Below the pieces are notes generated by a model, which saw nothing but the letters and a program-made list of their open reading frames with translations, made no database searches and was not told the origin of the DNA. A stretch of DNA of 64,000 nucleotides from an uncultured Desulfarculus sp. (lineage in GTDB: Bacteria; Desulfobacterota; Desulfarculia; Desulfarculales; Desulfarculaceae): the NCBI GenBank assembly GCA_963665125.2, contig CAXXUK010000001.1:3072001-3136000 (forward strand), in the 5' to 3' direction. Below, one piece after another: positions 48,020-57,119 of this stretch; positions within the stretch are counted from its first letter, which is position 1; each line of letters starts with the position of its first letter. The position numbers and the translations under genes were made by a program.

Positions 48020-48919
48020 ATGACTTTTTCATCCGGTGTTGAATGCTCTGTCTGGCTGCCTCCCCTGGTCTCGTTTTGCATCAGCTTTTTCACGTCCATG
48101 GGCGGCATCTCGGGCGCGTTCCTGCTCCTGCCGTTTTCCATGAATATCCTGGGCTTTACCAGCCCGGCCGTCAGCCCCACCAACATGGTCTACAACGTCG
48201 TGTCCATACCCAGCGGCGTTTGGCGCTTTATCCGGGAGGGCCGCATGCTCTGGCCCCTGACCTGGGTGGTGGTGGTGGGCACCCTGCCCGGCGTCATCGT
48301 CGGCGGCTGGATCAGGCTGGCCTATTTGCCCGACCCCAAGCCGTTCAAGGCATTCGTTGGCTGCGTGCTGTTGTATATCGGCGCCCGCATGTTCATGGAT
48401 CTGCTGGGCAAGTCAAAGTCCAAGCAGGCCGCCGGGCAAAGCGCCGACCCCAACGATTTCCGGGTGAACAACCTTAGATTGACCGTCAAGGCCCTCTCCT
48501 TCACCTTCCAGGGCCAGGACTACAGCACCTCCTGGATCGGCATCGCCGTGTTGTCGCTGGTGGTGGGTGTAATCGGCGGGGTCTACGGCATCGGCGGCGG
48601 GGCGATTCTGGCCCCGTTCTTCGTGGCCATCAGTCATTTGCCCGTCTACGCGGTGGCCGGCGCGGCCCTGATGGGCACCTTTGTCACCAGCATCGCCGGG
48701 GTGCTCTTTTACCAGCTTGTGGCCCCTTACTACGAATCCGGCGGCATGGTAGTCAGCCCTGACTGGCTGCTGGGCTTTTTGTTCGGCATCGGCGGTTTCG
48801 CGGGCATGTACCTTGGCGCGCGGACCCAGAAGTACGTACCGGCCAAGTGGATCAAGCTGGGTCTGGCCATCGTAGTCACGTTCGTGGCCCTGCGCTACAT
48901 AGTCGGCTATTTCATCTGA
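48020..48919 (+). CDS. TauE/SafE (TSUP) family membrane transporter
   Basis: SMGGISGAFLLLP, GGVYGIGGGAILAP, GMYLGAR; multi-TM; start at ATG 48020. Confidence 0.9.
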   Translation: MTFSSGVECSVWLPPLVSFCISFFTSMGGISGAFLLLPFSMNILGFTSPAVSPTNMVYNVVSIPSGVWRFIREGRMLWPLTWVVVVGTLPGVIVGGWIRLAYLPDPKPFKAFVGCVLLYIGARMFMDLLGKSKSKQAAGQSADPNDFRVNNLRLTVKALSFTFQGQDYSTSWIGIAVLSLVVGVIGGVYGIGGGAILAPFFVAISHLPVYAVAGAALMGTFVTSIAGVLFYQLVAPYYESGGMVVSPDWLLGFLFGIGGFAGMYLGARTQKYVPAKWIKLGLAIVVTFVALRYIVGYFI

Positions 48920-48927
48920 TAGACCTT

Positions 48928-49033
48928 TAGCAGGCTGTTAAAAAACCGCGCAAACTGAGCGATTTGGCAAAACCACGATTTTGCCAAGCCACGGTTGAAA
49001 AAGTCTAGGATGGACTTTTTCAACACACTGTTA
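48928..49033. mobile_element. MITE-like IS remnant
   Basis: Ends TAGCAGGCTGTTAAAAAA and TTTTTCAACACACTGTTA form imperfect inverted repeats; two internal hairpins; related sequence at 9643-9685. Confidence 0.6.
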
Positions 49034-49163
49034 AAACATCATGCGACGCTGGGCCGCCGTCAAGCGCCCCGGCCCGTTTCCGCCGCAGATTTCATTCGGC
49101 AATATCCCACCGTCCTGCTATTTTTAACTAAACAACGTTTTCCAAGAAGGAGCGTACGGAAAG

Positions 49164-50300
49164 ATGGACCAGGACGAAAAATACTTAAAGGTTGTCGAAG
49201 CAATCAACAAGGCCGGCGGAACGCCGCCACCCGTAACTCCCACTCTCATCGAACTGATAAAAGAGGTGATCAGGCCGGAAGAGGTTGACTTCATCCTGGC
49301 CTTCAGCGAACAGACATCCCAGACCATGGAGCAGCTAAAGGCGTCCTCGGGCCTGAGCGAAGACGAAATCAACGCCATGGTGGACGTCCTGGCGAAAAGG
49401 GGCGTCATCTTCAACCAGCCCAACCGCAAGGGCGTAATGGTTTTCAAGCTCCTGCCGCTGTTGAACGTGGGCCTGTTCGAATACCTGTTCATGAAAAAGC
49501 TGGAGATCACCCCCTACACCAAGCGCCTGGGCGAACTGTTCACCAAAATGTTCGATGAACAAAGGGATCTGGTGAAGGCCCACTATAAAGACGTGCTGGC
49601 GATGGTCAAACACCATCCGACCGTGGACCGCACCGTGCCCTACACGACCAACCAGGGCACCGGCAAGCCCATCTCCATCCAGATCAACAAGAGCCTTGGT
49701 GATTTTAAAGAACAGACCATGCCGTTCCAGGACGTCAAGGACATCATCGAAAAGTTCGACGACATCGCGGTGGGCCACTGTTTTTGCCGCCACTTCAAGG
49801 ATCTGACCGGACATCCCTGCCAGCAGACCGATTCCCGGGAAAACTGCTTCACCTTTGGCAAATCGGCCCGCCACACATCCCAGCAGGGTTTCGCCCGCAT
49901 GGTCAGCAAGGAAGAGGCCTTGGACATCCTGGCCAAGGCCGAGGAAGACGGCCTGATGCACAAGGCCTATCACCCCAATTTTGACTCCAGCCGCGACGAA
50001 ACCAGCATCTGCTCCTGCTGCACCTGCTGTTGCGGCAATGCCCATGACAACACCATCGCCGGTACGGCCAACGAGGCCTGGTATCTGGCCGTCTTCGACA
50101 TGGAAGCCTGCGTGGGCTGCGGGACCTGCGTGGAGCACTGCAATGCCAAGGCCCTGAGCATGGGCGACGACGACAAGCCCGTACTGGACGAGGATCTTTG
50201 CATCGGCTGCGGCTATTGCGCCTACCTGTGCCCGGAAAACGCCATCGGGCTTACCCAGGCCCGGCGGGTGGTGTATGTAACTCCCCAAATGCCCGCCTAA
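49164..50300 (+). CDS. 4Fe-4S binding protein with N-terminal HTH-like region
   Basis: HCFCR, NCFTFG, ICSCCTCCCG, CVGCGTCVEHC, CIGCGYCAYLCP. Confidence 0.88.
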   Translation: MDQDEKYLKVVEAINKAGGTPPPVTPTLIELIKEVIRPEEVDFILAFSEQTSQTMEQLKASSGLSEDEINAMVDVLAKRGVIFNQPNRKGVMVFKLLPLLNVGLFEYLFMKKLEITPYTKRLGELFTKMFDEQRDLVKAHYKDVLAMVKHHPTVDRTVPYTTNQGTGKPISIQINKSLGDFKEQTMPFQDVKDIIEKFDDIAVGHCFCRHFKDLTGHPCQQTDSRENCFTFGKSARHTSQQGFARMVSKEEALDILAKAEEDGLMHKAYHPNFDSSRDETSICSCCTCCCGNAHDNTIAGTANEAWYLAVFDMEACVGCGTCVEHCNAKALSMGDDDKPVLDEDLCIGCGYCAYLCPENAIGLTQARRVVYVTPQMPA

Positions 50301-50319
50301 TCAGTTCCATCAATTTTTA

Positions 50320-50353
50320 GGCCCCGGGTTCAACCGAATCCGGGGCCATTTTT
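50320..50353 (+). terminator. Intrinsic terminator
   Basis: GGCCCCGGGTTC-AACC-GAATCCGGGGCC followed by ATTTTT. Confidence 0.75.
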
Positions 50354-51033
50354 CGCGCCGCGGAGCGTTGGTTATCAATCGGACGGGCCGCGGCCGCGTC
50401 GCCGCCCGGCGGATTTCGGGCCATCGGGCCGGATTAGCGGACTCCCGCCTCTTTTTTGCCCTGGACCTGCCCGTTTCGCCCACCCGACACTCTCGTGCGG
50501 CAATGACCGCCCAGAGAATGGTTCATACCGGCGTATATATAATAGGAAAATAAAAACAGAGTGAAAATAAAAGATTCGCAACAAAAATGCAGGAAAAAAA
50601 AAGGCCCGGCATGATACACGAGGCAAATATTTGAATGTCTCACACAAAATTGGTTGACATAGAGTGTCGCGCAATAATACCGTAGTGAACGAAGTTCAGC
50701 GGAATTTTGCGGCCACGGGCGGGATCAGCCGATGCGAAATCGGACTCTCATCCGTATTATACGATTTCCTTGCCGCGAGGGAGAATCTTCAACATACGCC
50801 GGGAACATGGGCAAGTGACCATTATATCTCGGCGTCGGCACACACAGATACCGCTGACCAGTGGTGCCGCGCTCGGCAACCGGACTCTTCGGTGTGAAGC
50901 ACGGCGGACAACAGCAAACGGCAAACATGTGTCTGGTCATAGGCTTGTCTTTGACAAGGCATTGTATCCACCCCTTTGGGGCGCTATCTCAATTGCGTGC
51001 AAACCTTTCAAAAAAATAGGAGGGCGGGAGATT

Positions 51034-52305
51034 ATGTTCTCGGGAAAGTCACTTAAACTGGCTTTGGTTATGGCAATGATTGTGATTGGCGCATTGGTGG
51101 GGCAAGCCTATGCGGCCGACACGGTCAAAATCGGTTTCATGGCCAACATGTCTTCGGCCCCGTGCAAGAGCTCGCTTGCCGCGGCCAAGATGGCCGTTGA
51201 CGAGATCAACGCAGCCGGCGGCGTAAACGGCAAACAGGTCGAACTGATTGCCGAAGACACGACGGGGCAGATCCCCAAAGCAGTGGAAATCTACAAAAAA
51301 CTGGTCATGAACGATCACGTGGTTGCCGTGATCGTGGCCGAAAAGGTCGAGATGGCCGTCGCGGGCATGGAAATCGGCGCGGAACTTTACGCGGAGTATC
51401 CCCACCTGATGTTCAGCACCATCGGCTCGGGCGACTCCATCTGGCACAAGGTGCGCGACAATTACGACAAATACGGCTTTGCCTTCCAGACGTATTACAG
51501 CACTTCCACCAACTACCTCAAGATCTGGGCTCCGATCTTCGTGGACATCTACGGCAAGCTGTTCAAGTCCAAAAAGGTCGCTTTGATCTATGAGGACATG
51601 GAGTGGACCAAACCGTTGCGCCAGGGCATCGAGGGTGTCTCGCCCCGCCTGGCCGATGTGTACAAGAATCTCGGCATGGAAGTGGTCTACGAAAGTACGG
51701 TTTCGGTGGACCAGACCATGTTCACCTCCATTTTCGAGGAAGCGGCCGCGTCCGGGGCCGAGGTTATCGACTGCGCCATCGGCTACATCAACGAAGGCGC
51801 TTTTGTCAAGCAGTGGGCCCAGTCCAGCGCCCAGGACCTGCCCATCACCATCTGGGGCGGCCTGGCCGGCATGCCTCCCTTCTGGAAGATATCCGGCGGC
51901 CAGTGCCTTGGCGTGATGGTCGGTTCATCCATGGTGGCGGTGCCCATCTCCCCCAAAACCATTCCGTTCATGACCAACCTGTATACGAAGTATAAGACTG
52001 GTGCCATTTTCGGCTCCCACACCACCTATGACACCCTCTACGGGTTCAAGAAGGCCATGGAGACCGCCGGTCCCAACGCCGACGTGCCCGCGCTGATCAA
52101 GGCCGTCGAGGGCGTCGAGGAAGTGGCTGTGCTGGGCTCCATCGGCTGGGATGCCAAACTCCACTACAATCTGCCCTATCCCAAGTACATGACCCCCGTG
52201 GTGCAATGGCAGAAGGACGGCAAGGGCGGCGGCGACATGAAGGTTATCTATCCTGAGAACCTGGCCCAGGCCCCGGCCAAGACCCCCGCGGAACTTCGCA
52301 AGTAA
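51034..52305 (+). CDS. LIV-type ABC transporter substrate-binding protein
   Basis: Signal peptide ...QAYAADTVKIG, MAVDEINAAGGVNGK, VVQWQ; ATG 51034 after GGAG. Confidence 0.92.
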   Translation: MFSGKSLKLALVMAMIVIGALVGQAYAADTVKIGFMANMSSAPCKSSLAAAKMAVDEINAAGGVNGKQVELIAEDTTGQIPKAVEIYKKLVMNDHVVAVIVAEKVEMAVAGMEIGAELYAEYPHLMFSTIGSGDSIWHKVRDNYDKYGFAFQTYYSTSTNYLKIWAPIFVDIYGKLFKSKKVALIYEDMEWTKPLRQGIEGVSPRLADVYKNLGMEVVYESTVSVDQTMFTSIFEEAAASGAEVIDCAIGYINEGAFVKQWAQSSAQDLPITIWGGLAGMPPFWKISGGQCLGVMVGSSMVAVPISPKTIPFMTNLYTKYKTGAIFGSHTTYDTLYGFKKAMETAGPNADVPALIKAVEGVEEVAVLGSIGWDAKLHYNLPYPKYMTPVVQWQKDGKGGGDMKVIYPENLAQAPAKTPAELRK

Positions 52306-52384
52306 AGCAAACAAACCTTTAAGCCCGGCCAGGGCGGCGGCCTCGAGCCGCCGACCCGGCCGAGGGCTGACGTGAGGCCGATCC

Positions 52385-53263
52385 ATGTTGATGATGAAGC
52401 TTCAATCAATACTGGTCTACACCTTCATCTGGGGGTCTATTTACCTGCTCATATCGCTGGGCTTTTCGTTGGTCTGCGGAGTCCTGCGCATATTCCACCT
52501 GGGATACGGCGCGACTTTTGTCCTGGCAGCCTACGGCACCTGGCTCTTCATTTCCTGGGCGGAGATGGGGCTTGCCGCTTCCATCATGTGCATGATGCTT
52601 GTGCAGGTCGGATTTGCCCTATTGGTGTTTTACTGGGGAATATTCCAGAGATTTCTTGAACAGGAAGAAGTACTGCTGACGCTGGCCATGCTGGTGTTCA
52701 TGGCCGTGACCCACATGGCCAATCACTGGTTCCCGGTCACCGCCGGAGTCAGCCTGGAGACCACCATCATTCCGGGCACCTTCAAGATCGGAATGGTGCG
52801 CATCTCCTACCAGATGCTGCTGGCGGCATTGGTTGGAATTGGAGTTACGGCCGCATATGTGGTCTTCTTCCTGAAAACCAAGTCGGGCCTGATAATCAGG
52901 GCCATCAGCCAGGACACCAGGGCCTCCATGCTCATGGGAGCGGACGTAAATCGCTATTACGGCCTATCCATGGTGCTCTCGGTGATTCCGCCCGCAATCT
53001 GCACCTTGATGATCGCCCCCTTCTGGTCGGTTGAGCCCTTCATGGGCAATCAGCTGATGATGACGGCCATGATGGTGGCCATCTTGGGCGGATTGGGCAG
53101 CCTCAAGGGAAGCATCGCGGCATCCTATCTGATCGGCTTCATTCACGCATCGGTCAGTTTCCTATACATATCGCGCTTCATGGGTTTCGCCGCCTTGGTG
53201 ATCACCCTTATCGTGATGATATTCAAGCGGGGCGGCCTCTACGCCGGAGAGACCATATGGTAG
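52385..53263 (+). CDS. LIV-type ABC transporter permease (LivH-like)
   Basis: LISLGFSLVCGVLRIFHLGYG, KTKSGLIIRAISQD, ILGGLGS. Confidence 0.92.
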   Translation: MLMMKLQSILVYTFIWGSIYLLISLGFSLVCGVLRIFHLGYGATFVLAAYGTWLFISWAEMGLAASIMCMMLVQVGFALLVFYWGIFQRFLEQEEVLLTLAMLVFMAVTHMANHWFPVTAGVSLETTIIPGTFKIGMVRISYQMLLAALVGIGVTAAYVVFFLKTKSGLIIRAISQDTRASMLMGADVNRYYGLSMVLSVIPPAICTLMIAPFWSVEPFMGNQLMMTAMMVAILGGLGSLKGSIAASYLIGFIHASVSFLYISRFMGFAALVITLIVMIFKRGGLYAGETIW

Positions 53264-54300
53264 ACCTGGAGATCAAACGCGACCGCCTTGTCCTGCGCTG
53301 GTCGCAACATAAATACGAATTCGTCATCGAGCCCAGGTACTGGATGAACCCGTCATTGGGGGTGGGCATAATGCTCATCATTCCTTTGTTCGTGTTCAAC
53401 TGGCCAAACCTGCTGACCATGGTCACCACCGCCAACCTGCTGGCGGCCATGACCATTCCGCTGTCCCTGCAGATTCTGGGCACGGGACGGCTCAACTTCG
53501 GACCGCAGCTTTATCTGGGCCTGGGAGGCTATACCGCCGCCCTCCTGGATTTGCATTTGGGCTGGGGGCCCTGGCTGACCCTGCCCGCCACGGTCTTTGT
53601 CTGTTTTTCGTTCTCGTTGCTCCTCAGCCCGATCACCTGGATAGCCAAGGGGCTCTATTTTTCCCTGATCACCCTGATACTGCCCCTGGCCTTCCTGGAC
53701 CTCACCTACATCTACGGAGACATCTTCAGGGGCGAGGTTGGTCTGATGGGCATGCAGGCCCTCATCGACCTGGGCAAGGTCAAGTGGAACTATCTGGCCT
53801 ACTACTACTTATCGCTGGTCCTGCTGTTGGCATATATGCTGCTGGCCGTGAGGATCGGCAAGTCACGCTACGGATTCTCCCTTGCGGCCATCAACGAAAA
53901 CGAAGACGTGGCCCGCATGATGGGCGTGCCGGTGAACTTCTACAAGGTTCTGTATTACGTCTTCCCTTCGGTCCTCATCGGCGTGGTGGGCTGGTTCATC
54001 GTGCACACCTTCCGCACCTTTGCCGGAGTGACCTACCTGCCCCTGGACTTCATGCTCAAGATTCTGATCATCGTCCTGATTGGCGGCAGGGCCTATGTGT
54101 ACGGAGCCGTGCCTGGCGCCTACTTCGTGGCCTCGCTGGAGGAACTCCTGCGGGGGTTCGGCGCACTGCACTATGTGGTGTTCCCACTGGTGCTCATAAT
54201 CATGATCCTGATCCTGCCCAGGGGCGAGGGTCTCTACGGGCTCTATCACAAACGGCACCCGCGGGATTATTTCCCGGTGCTTCGCGTTCGCAGGGACTAG
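53257..54300 (+). CDS. LIV-type ABC transporter permease (LivM-like)
   Basis: GTGRLNFG, KGLYFSLIT, SRYGFSLAAINENEDVA, LIGGR. Confidence 0.9.
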   Translation: MVDLEIKRDRLVLRWSQHKYEFVIEPRYWMNPSLGVGIMLIIPLFVFNWPNLLTMVTTANLLAAMTIPLSLQILGTGRLNFGPQLYLGLGGYTAALLDLHLGWGPWLTLPATVFVCFSFSLLLSPITWIAKGLYFSLITLILPLAFLDLTYIYGDIFRGEVGLMGMQALIDLGKVKWNYLAYYYLSLVLLLAYMLLAVRIGKSRYGFSLAAINENEDVARMMGVPVNFYKVLYYVFPSVLIGVVGWFIVHTFRTFAGVTYLPLDFMLKILIIVLIGGRAYVYGAVPGAYFVASLEELLRGFGALHYVVFPLVLIIMILILPRGEGLYGLYHKRHPRDYFPVLRVRRD

Positions 54301-54312
54301 AGGTTTATCAGC

Positions 54313-55047
54313 ATGTTAGAGGTCAAAAATCTGACAAAAAGCTTTGACGGCCTGATGGCGCTCAAGGATGTGTCATTCTCGGTGGGCCAGGGCGAGATCG
54401 TGGGCCTCATAGGTCCCAACGGCGCCGGCAAGACCACGGCCATGAACTTGATCAGCGGCGCGTTCAAACCCACGTCCGGCCAGGTCCTGCTCGACGGCGA
54501 AGACATCACCGGACTGCCGTCCTACAAAATCTGCCACCGGGGAATATCGCGCACCTATCAGATACCCCAACCGTTTTCGGCCATGACCGCCCTGAGCGGG
54601 GTGGCCGTGGCGGTGATAAACGGTAAAAAACGCAGGGACATGTCGGTGGGTGACGCCCTCGTCGAGGCATCATATTACCTGGAGTTCGTCGGGCTGTTTG
54701 CCAAGCGGGACACCCTGGCCTCGGAACTCACCCTGTACGAATTGCGCATGTTGGAGCTGGCCCGGGCCCTGGCCACCACCCCCAGGCTGCTGCTGTTGGA
54801 CGAAGCCATGGCCGGACTAAACCCGGCGGAGGCCTCCAGCGCCCTGGATATGATGTGGGACGCCCAGTCCCAGTTCGGCATAACAATCTTGTGGATCGAG
54901 CACGTGATGAAGGTCATTACCAAGGCGGCCAACCGTCTGGTGGTGCTCAATTACGGCGAGAAGCTGGCCGAGGGCAAGCCCGACGAAATCATGAACGATG
55001 AGGCGGTCATCGAGGCCTACCTGGGAGGCCATCATGCTCGACATTAA
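54313..55047 (+). CDS. LIV-type ABC transporter ATPase (LivG-like)
   Basis: GLIGPNGAGKTT, LLLLDEAMAGLN, IEHVM, VIEAYLG. Confidence 0.94.
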   Translation: MLEVKNLTKSFDGLMALKDVSFSVGQGEIVGLIGPNGAGKTTAMNLISGAFKPTSGQVLLDGEDITGLPSYKICHRGISRTYQIPQPFSAMTALSGVAVAVINGKKRRDMSVGDALVEASYYLEFVGLFAKRDTLASELTLYELRMLELARALATTPRLLLLDEAMAGLNPAEASSALDMMWDAQSQFGITILWIEHVMKVITKAANRLVVLNYGEKLAEGKPDEIMNDEAVIEAYLGGHHARH

Positions 55048-55738
55048 AGGCCTGAAGGTGTCATACGGCGTCATTCCGGTTCTGCACGGAATCGATCTGC
55101 GGGTGAACCAGGGTGAGCTGGTCGCCCTGCTGGGTTCCAACGGCGCCGGCAAGACATCGCTATTAAACAGCATATCCGGCATGCTCAAGCCCGTCAGCGG
55201 CGACATCACCATGGACGGCGAGACCTTGACGGGCAAAAAGCCCCACGAGGTCGTGGCTCACGGAGTGGTGCAGATCCCCGAGGGGCGCAAGATTTTTCCC
55301 TACTTCACCGTGTACGAAAACCTCCTCATGGGCGCCTGTCGCAGCGGTGCCTGGGGCAAGCGCGAAGAAGTCCTGCAAAAAGTGTACGAGATGTTCCCCA
55401 TTCTGGAGGAGCGCAAGGAACAGCGGGCCAGCACCATGAGCGGCGGCCAACAGCAGATGCTGGTCATCGCCCGGGGGCTGATGAGCCAGCCTAAGCTGCT
55501 GATGATCGACGAGCCGTCCCTGGGCCTAAGCCCGGCCATAATGGACCAGATCTACGAGGTCATCTCCACTTTCGTGCAGCAGGGCATAACCGTGCTCTTG
55601 TCCGAGCAAAACGTCCAGGTTGCTCTGAGCATCGCCGATCGGGCCTACGTGCTGCAGGACGGCGAAGTAGTGCTGGAGGGGGATAGTACCGAACTCATGG
55701 GCAACCAACTGGTCAAAGAAGCCTACATGGGGATATGA
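55034..55738 (+). CDS. LIV-type ABC transporter ATPase (LivF-like)
   Basis: LLGSNGAGKT, PEGRKIF, MSGGQQQML, IDEPSLGL, SEQN. Confidence 0.94.
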   Translation: MLDIKGLKVSYGVIPVLHGIDLRVNQGELVALLGSNGAGKTSLLNSISGMLKPVSGDITMDGETLTGKKPHEVVAHGVVQIPEGRKIFPYFTVYENLLMGACRSGAWGKREEVLQKVYEMFPILEERKEQRASTMSGGQQQMLVIARGLMSQPKLLMIDEPSLGLSPAIMDQIYEVISTFVQQGITVLLSEQNVQVALSIADRAYVLQDGEVVLEGDSTELMGNQLVKEAYMGI

Positions 55739-57114
55739 CAGCCATGGAAAACAATAGTACGGCGCAACAAGACTACGCCCGGTTCATGGAAGAGCTGTTC
55801 AGCCCGGACCAGGCCGCGGACAAACCAGAAGCCCTGGAAGGCCTCCGGGTGCTGGATTTGTCCCACATGATCTTCGGCCCCACGGCCGCCCGCATCCTGG
55901 GCGCGTACGGCGCCGAAGTCATCAAGGTCGAGGTGCCCTATGTGGGCGACTACTGGCGCGGCTCCACCTATTGGGGCAAATACTGGAAACATTCCAACCC
56001 GCTGTGGCACTTCATCAACCACAGCAAATACTTCGTGGCCATAGACGTCAAAAAGCCCGAGGGCAAGGAGTTGATCCTGCAACTGGCCGAAAAGGCCGAC
56101 GTGGTCATAGAAAACTTTTCGCCCGGCACGGTGGAAGCCTGGGGCATCGGTTACAGCACGGTCAGCAAGATCAACCCCAAGGTTATCTACACTTCGTGCA
56201 GCACCTACGGCCAGTTCGGGCCCTACCGGTTCCGGCCGGGATGGGACCTGCTGGCCCAAGGCACCAGCGGCATGCTGGCCGCCACCGGCTACCCGGATAC
56301 GGACCATTTCTTCAAAGTACCCGATTTCTATGGAGACTTTTATCCGGGCAACTTCGCGGCAATGATGATTCTTTTAGCCCTCAACGCCAGGGAACGCACC
56401 GGCAAGGGCCAAATCGTGGACCTGGCCCAGGGCGAGATCCTGATGCGCGCCTTGCCCCATTTCACCCATGACAGCATCAGCCAGGAGCAGCTCGAGCGCA
56501 CCGGTAATCAAGACCCAACGGCGGCCCCATCGGGCATATTCAAGACCGCGAACGGGCGTTTCGTGGCCCTGGCCGTTGGCGCCCAGGAGCAGTTCGAGGC
56601 CCTTTGCCAGGCCATGGGCCGCGCCGAGATGGCCGACGACCCGCGCTATGCTGACACCCTGGAACGCCTGAAACCCGGCGCAGCCGCGGAGTTGACCAAG
56701 CTCGTCGGCGACTGGGTGACCGAAGTCGACCTGGACAAAATAATGTCCCTGGCCATTGAGCACGGCTTCCCCGCCGCGCCGGTGATGAATGACATGCAGA
56801 TATGCCATGACCAATGGCGGCGGCACCGGGGCAACATCATCGAGTTCGAAGACGTGATGTACGGCAAGATGGTGATGCAGACCCCCACCACCAAACTCAG
56901 CGGCACCCCCAGCCGGGTCAAGTGGCTCACCAGGCCCCTGGGCTACCACAACAGGTATGTATTCAAAAAACACCTTGGCCTGAGCGAGGAACGCATTACC
57001 GAGTTGGAGAAATCCCGCGCCGTGGGCTATTGGGACTACCGGGTGGGGCAGCGTCCTCCGGTGTACTACGACATCAACAACGACCCCATCTTCAACTACA
57101 GCCCGGAGGCTTAA
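55735..57114 (+). CDS. Class III (CaiB/BaiF) CoA-transferase, catalytic-type subunit
   Basis: LEGLRVLDL, GAEVIKVE, ADVVIENFSPG, FYGDFYPG (catalytic Asp position), RERTGKGQ. Confidence 0.93.
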   Translation: MTAMENNSTAQQDYARFMEELFSPDQAADKPEALEGLRVLDLSHMIFGPTAARILGAYGAEVIKVEVPYVGDYWRGSTYWGKYWKHSNPLWHFINHSKYFVAIDVKKPEGKELILQLAEKADVVIENFSPGTVEAWGIGYSTVSKINPKVIYTSCSTYGQFGPYRFRPGWDLLAQGTSGMLAATGYPDTDHFFKVPDFYGDFYPGNFAAMMILLALNARERTGKGQIVDLAQGEILMRALPHFTHDSISQEQLERTGNQDPTAAPSGIFKTANGRFVALAVGAQEQFEALCQAMGRAEMADDPRYADTLERLKPGAAAELTKLVGDWVTEVDLDKIMSLAIEHGFPAAPVMNDMQICHDQWRRHRGNIIEFEDVMYGKMVMQTPTTKLSGTPSRVKWLTRPLGYHNRYVFKKHLGLSEERITELEKSRAVGYWDYRVGQRPPVYYDINNDPIFNYSPEA

Positions 57115-57119
57115 GGACC

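Noticed and set aside
50911..50950. GGCAAAC as a c-di-GMP-I riboswitch start
   Set aside because: No GNRA-capped P2 stem or GACGCAAAGC/receptor segment follows.
50707..51033. 109-aa N-terminal extension of the SBP in the ORF track
   Set aside because: The signal peptide and RBS point to ATG 51034; the extension is not protein-like.
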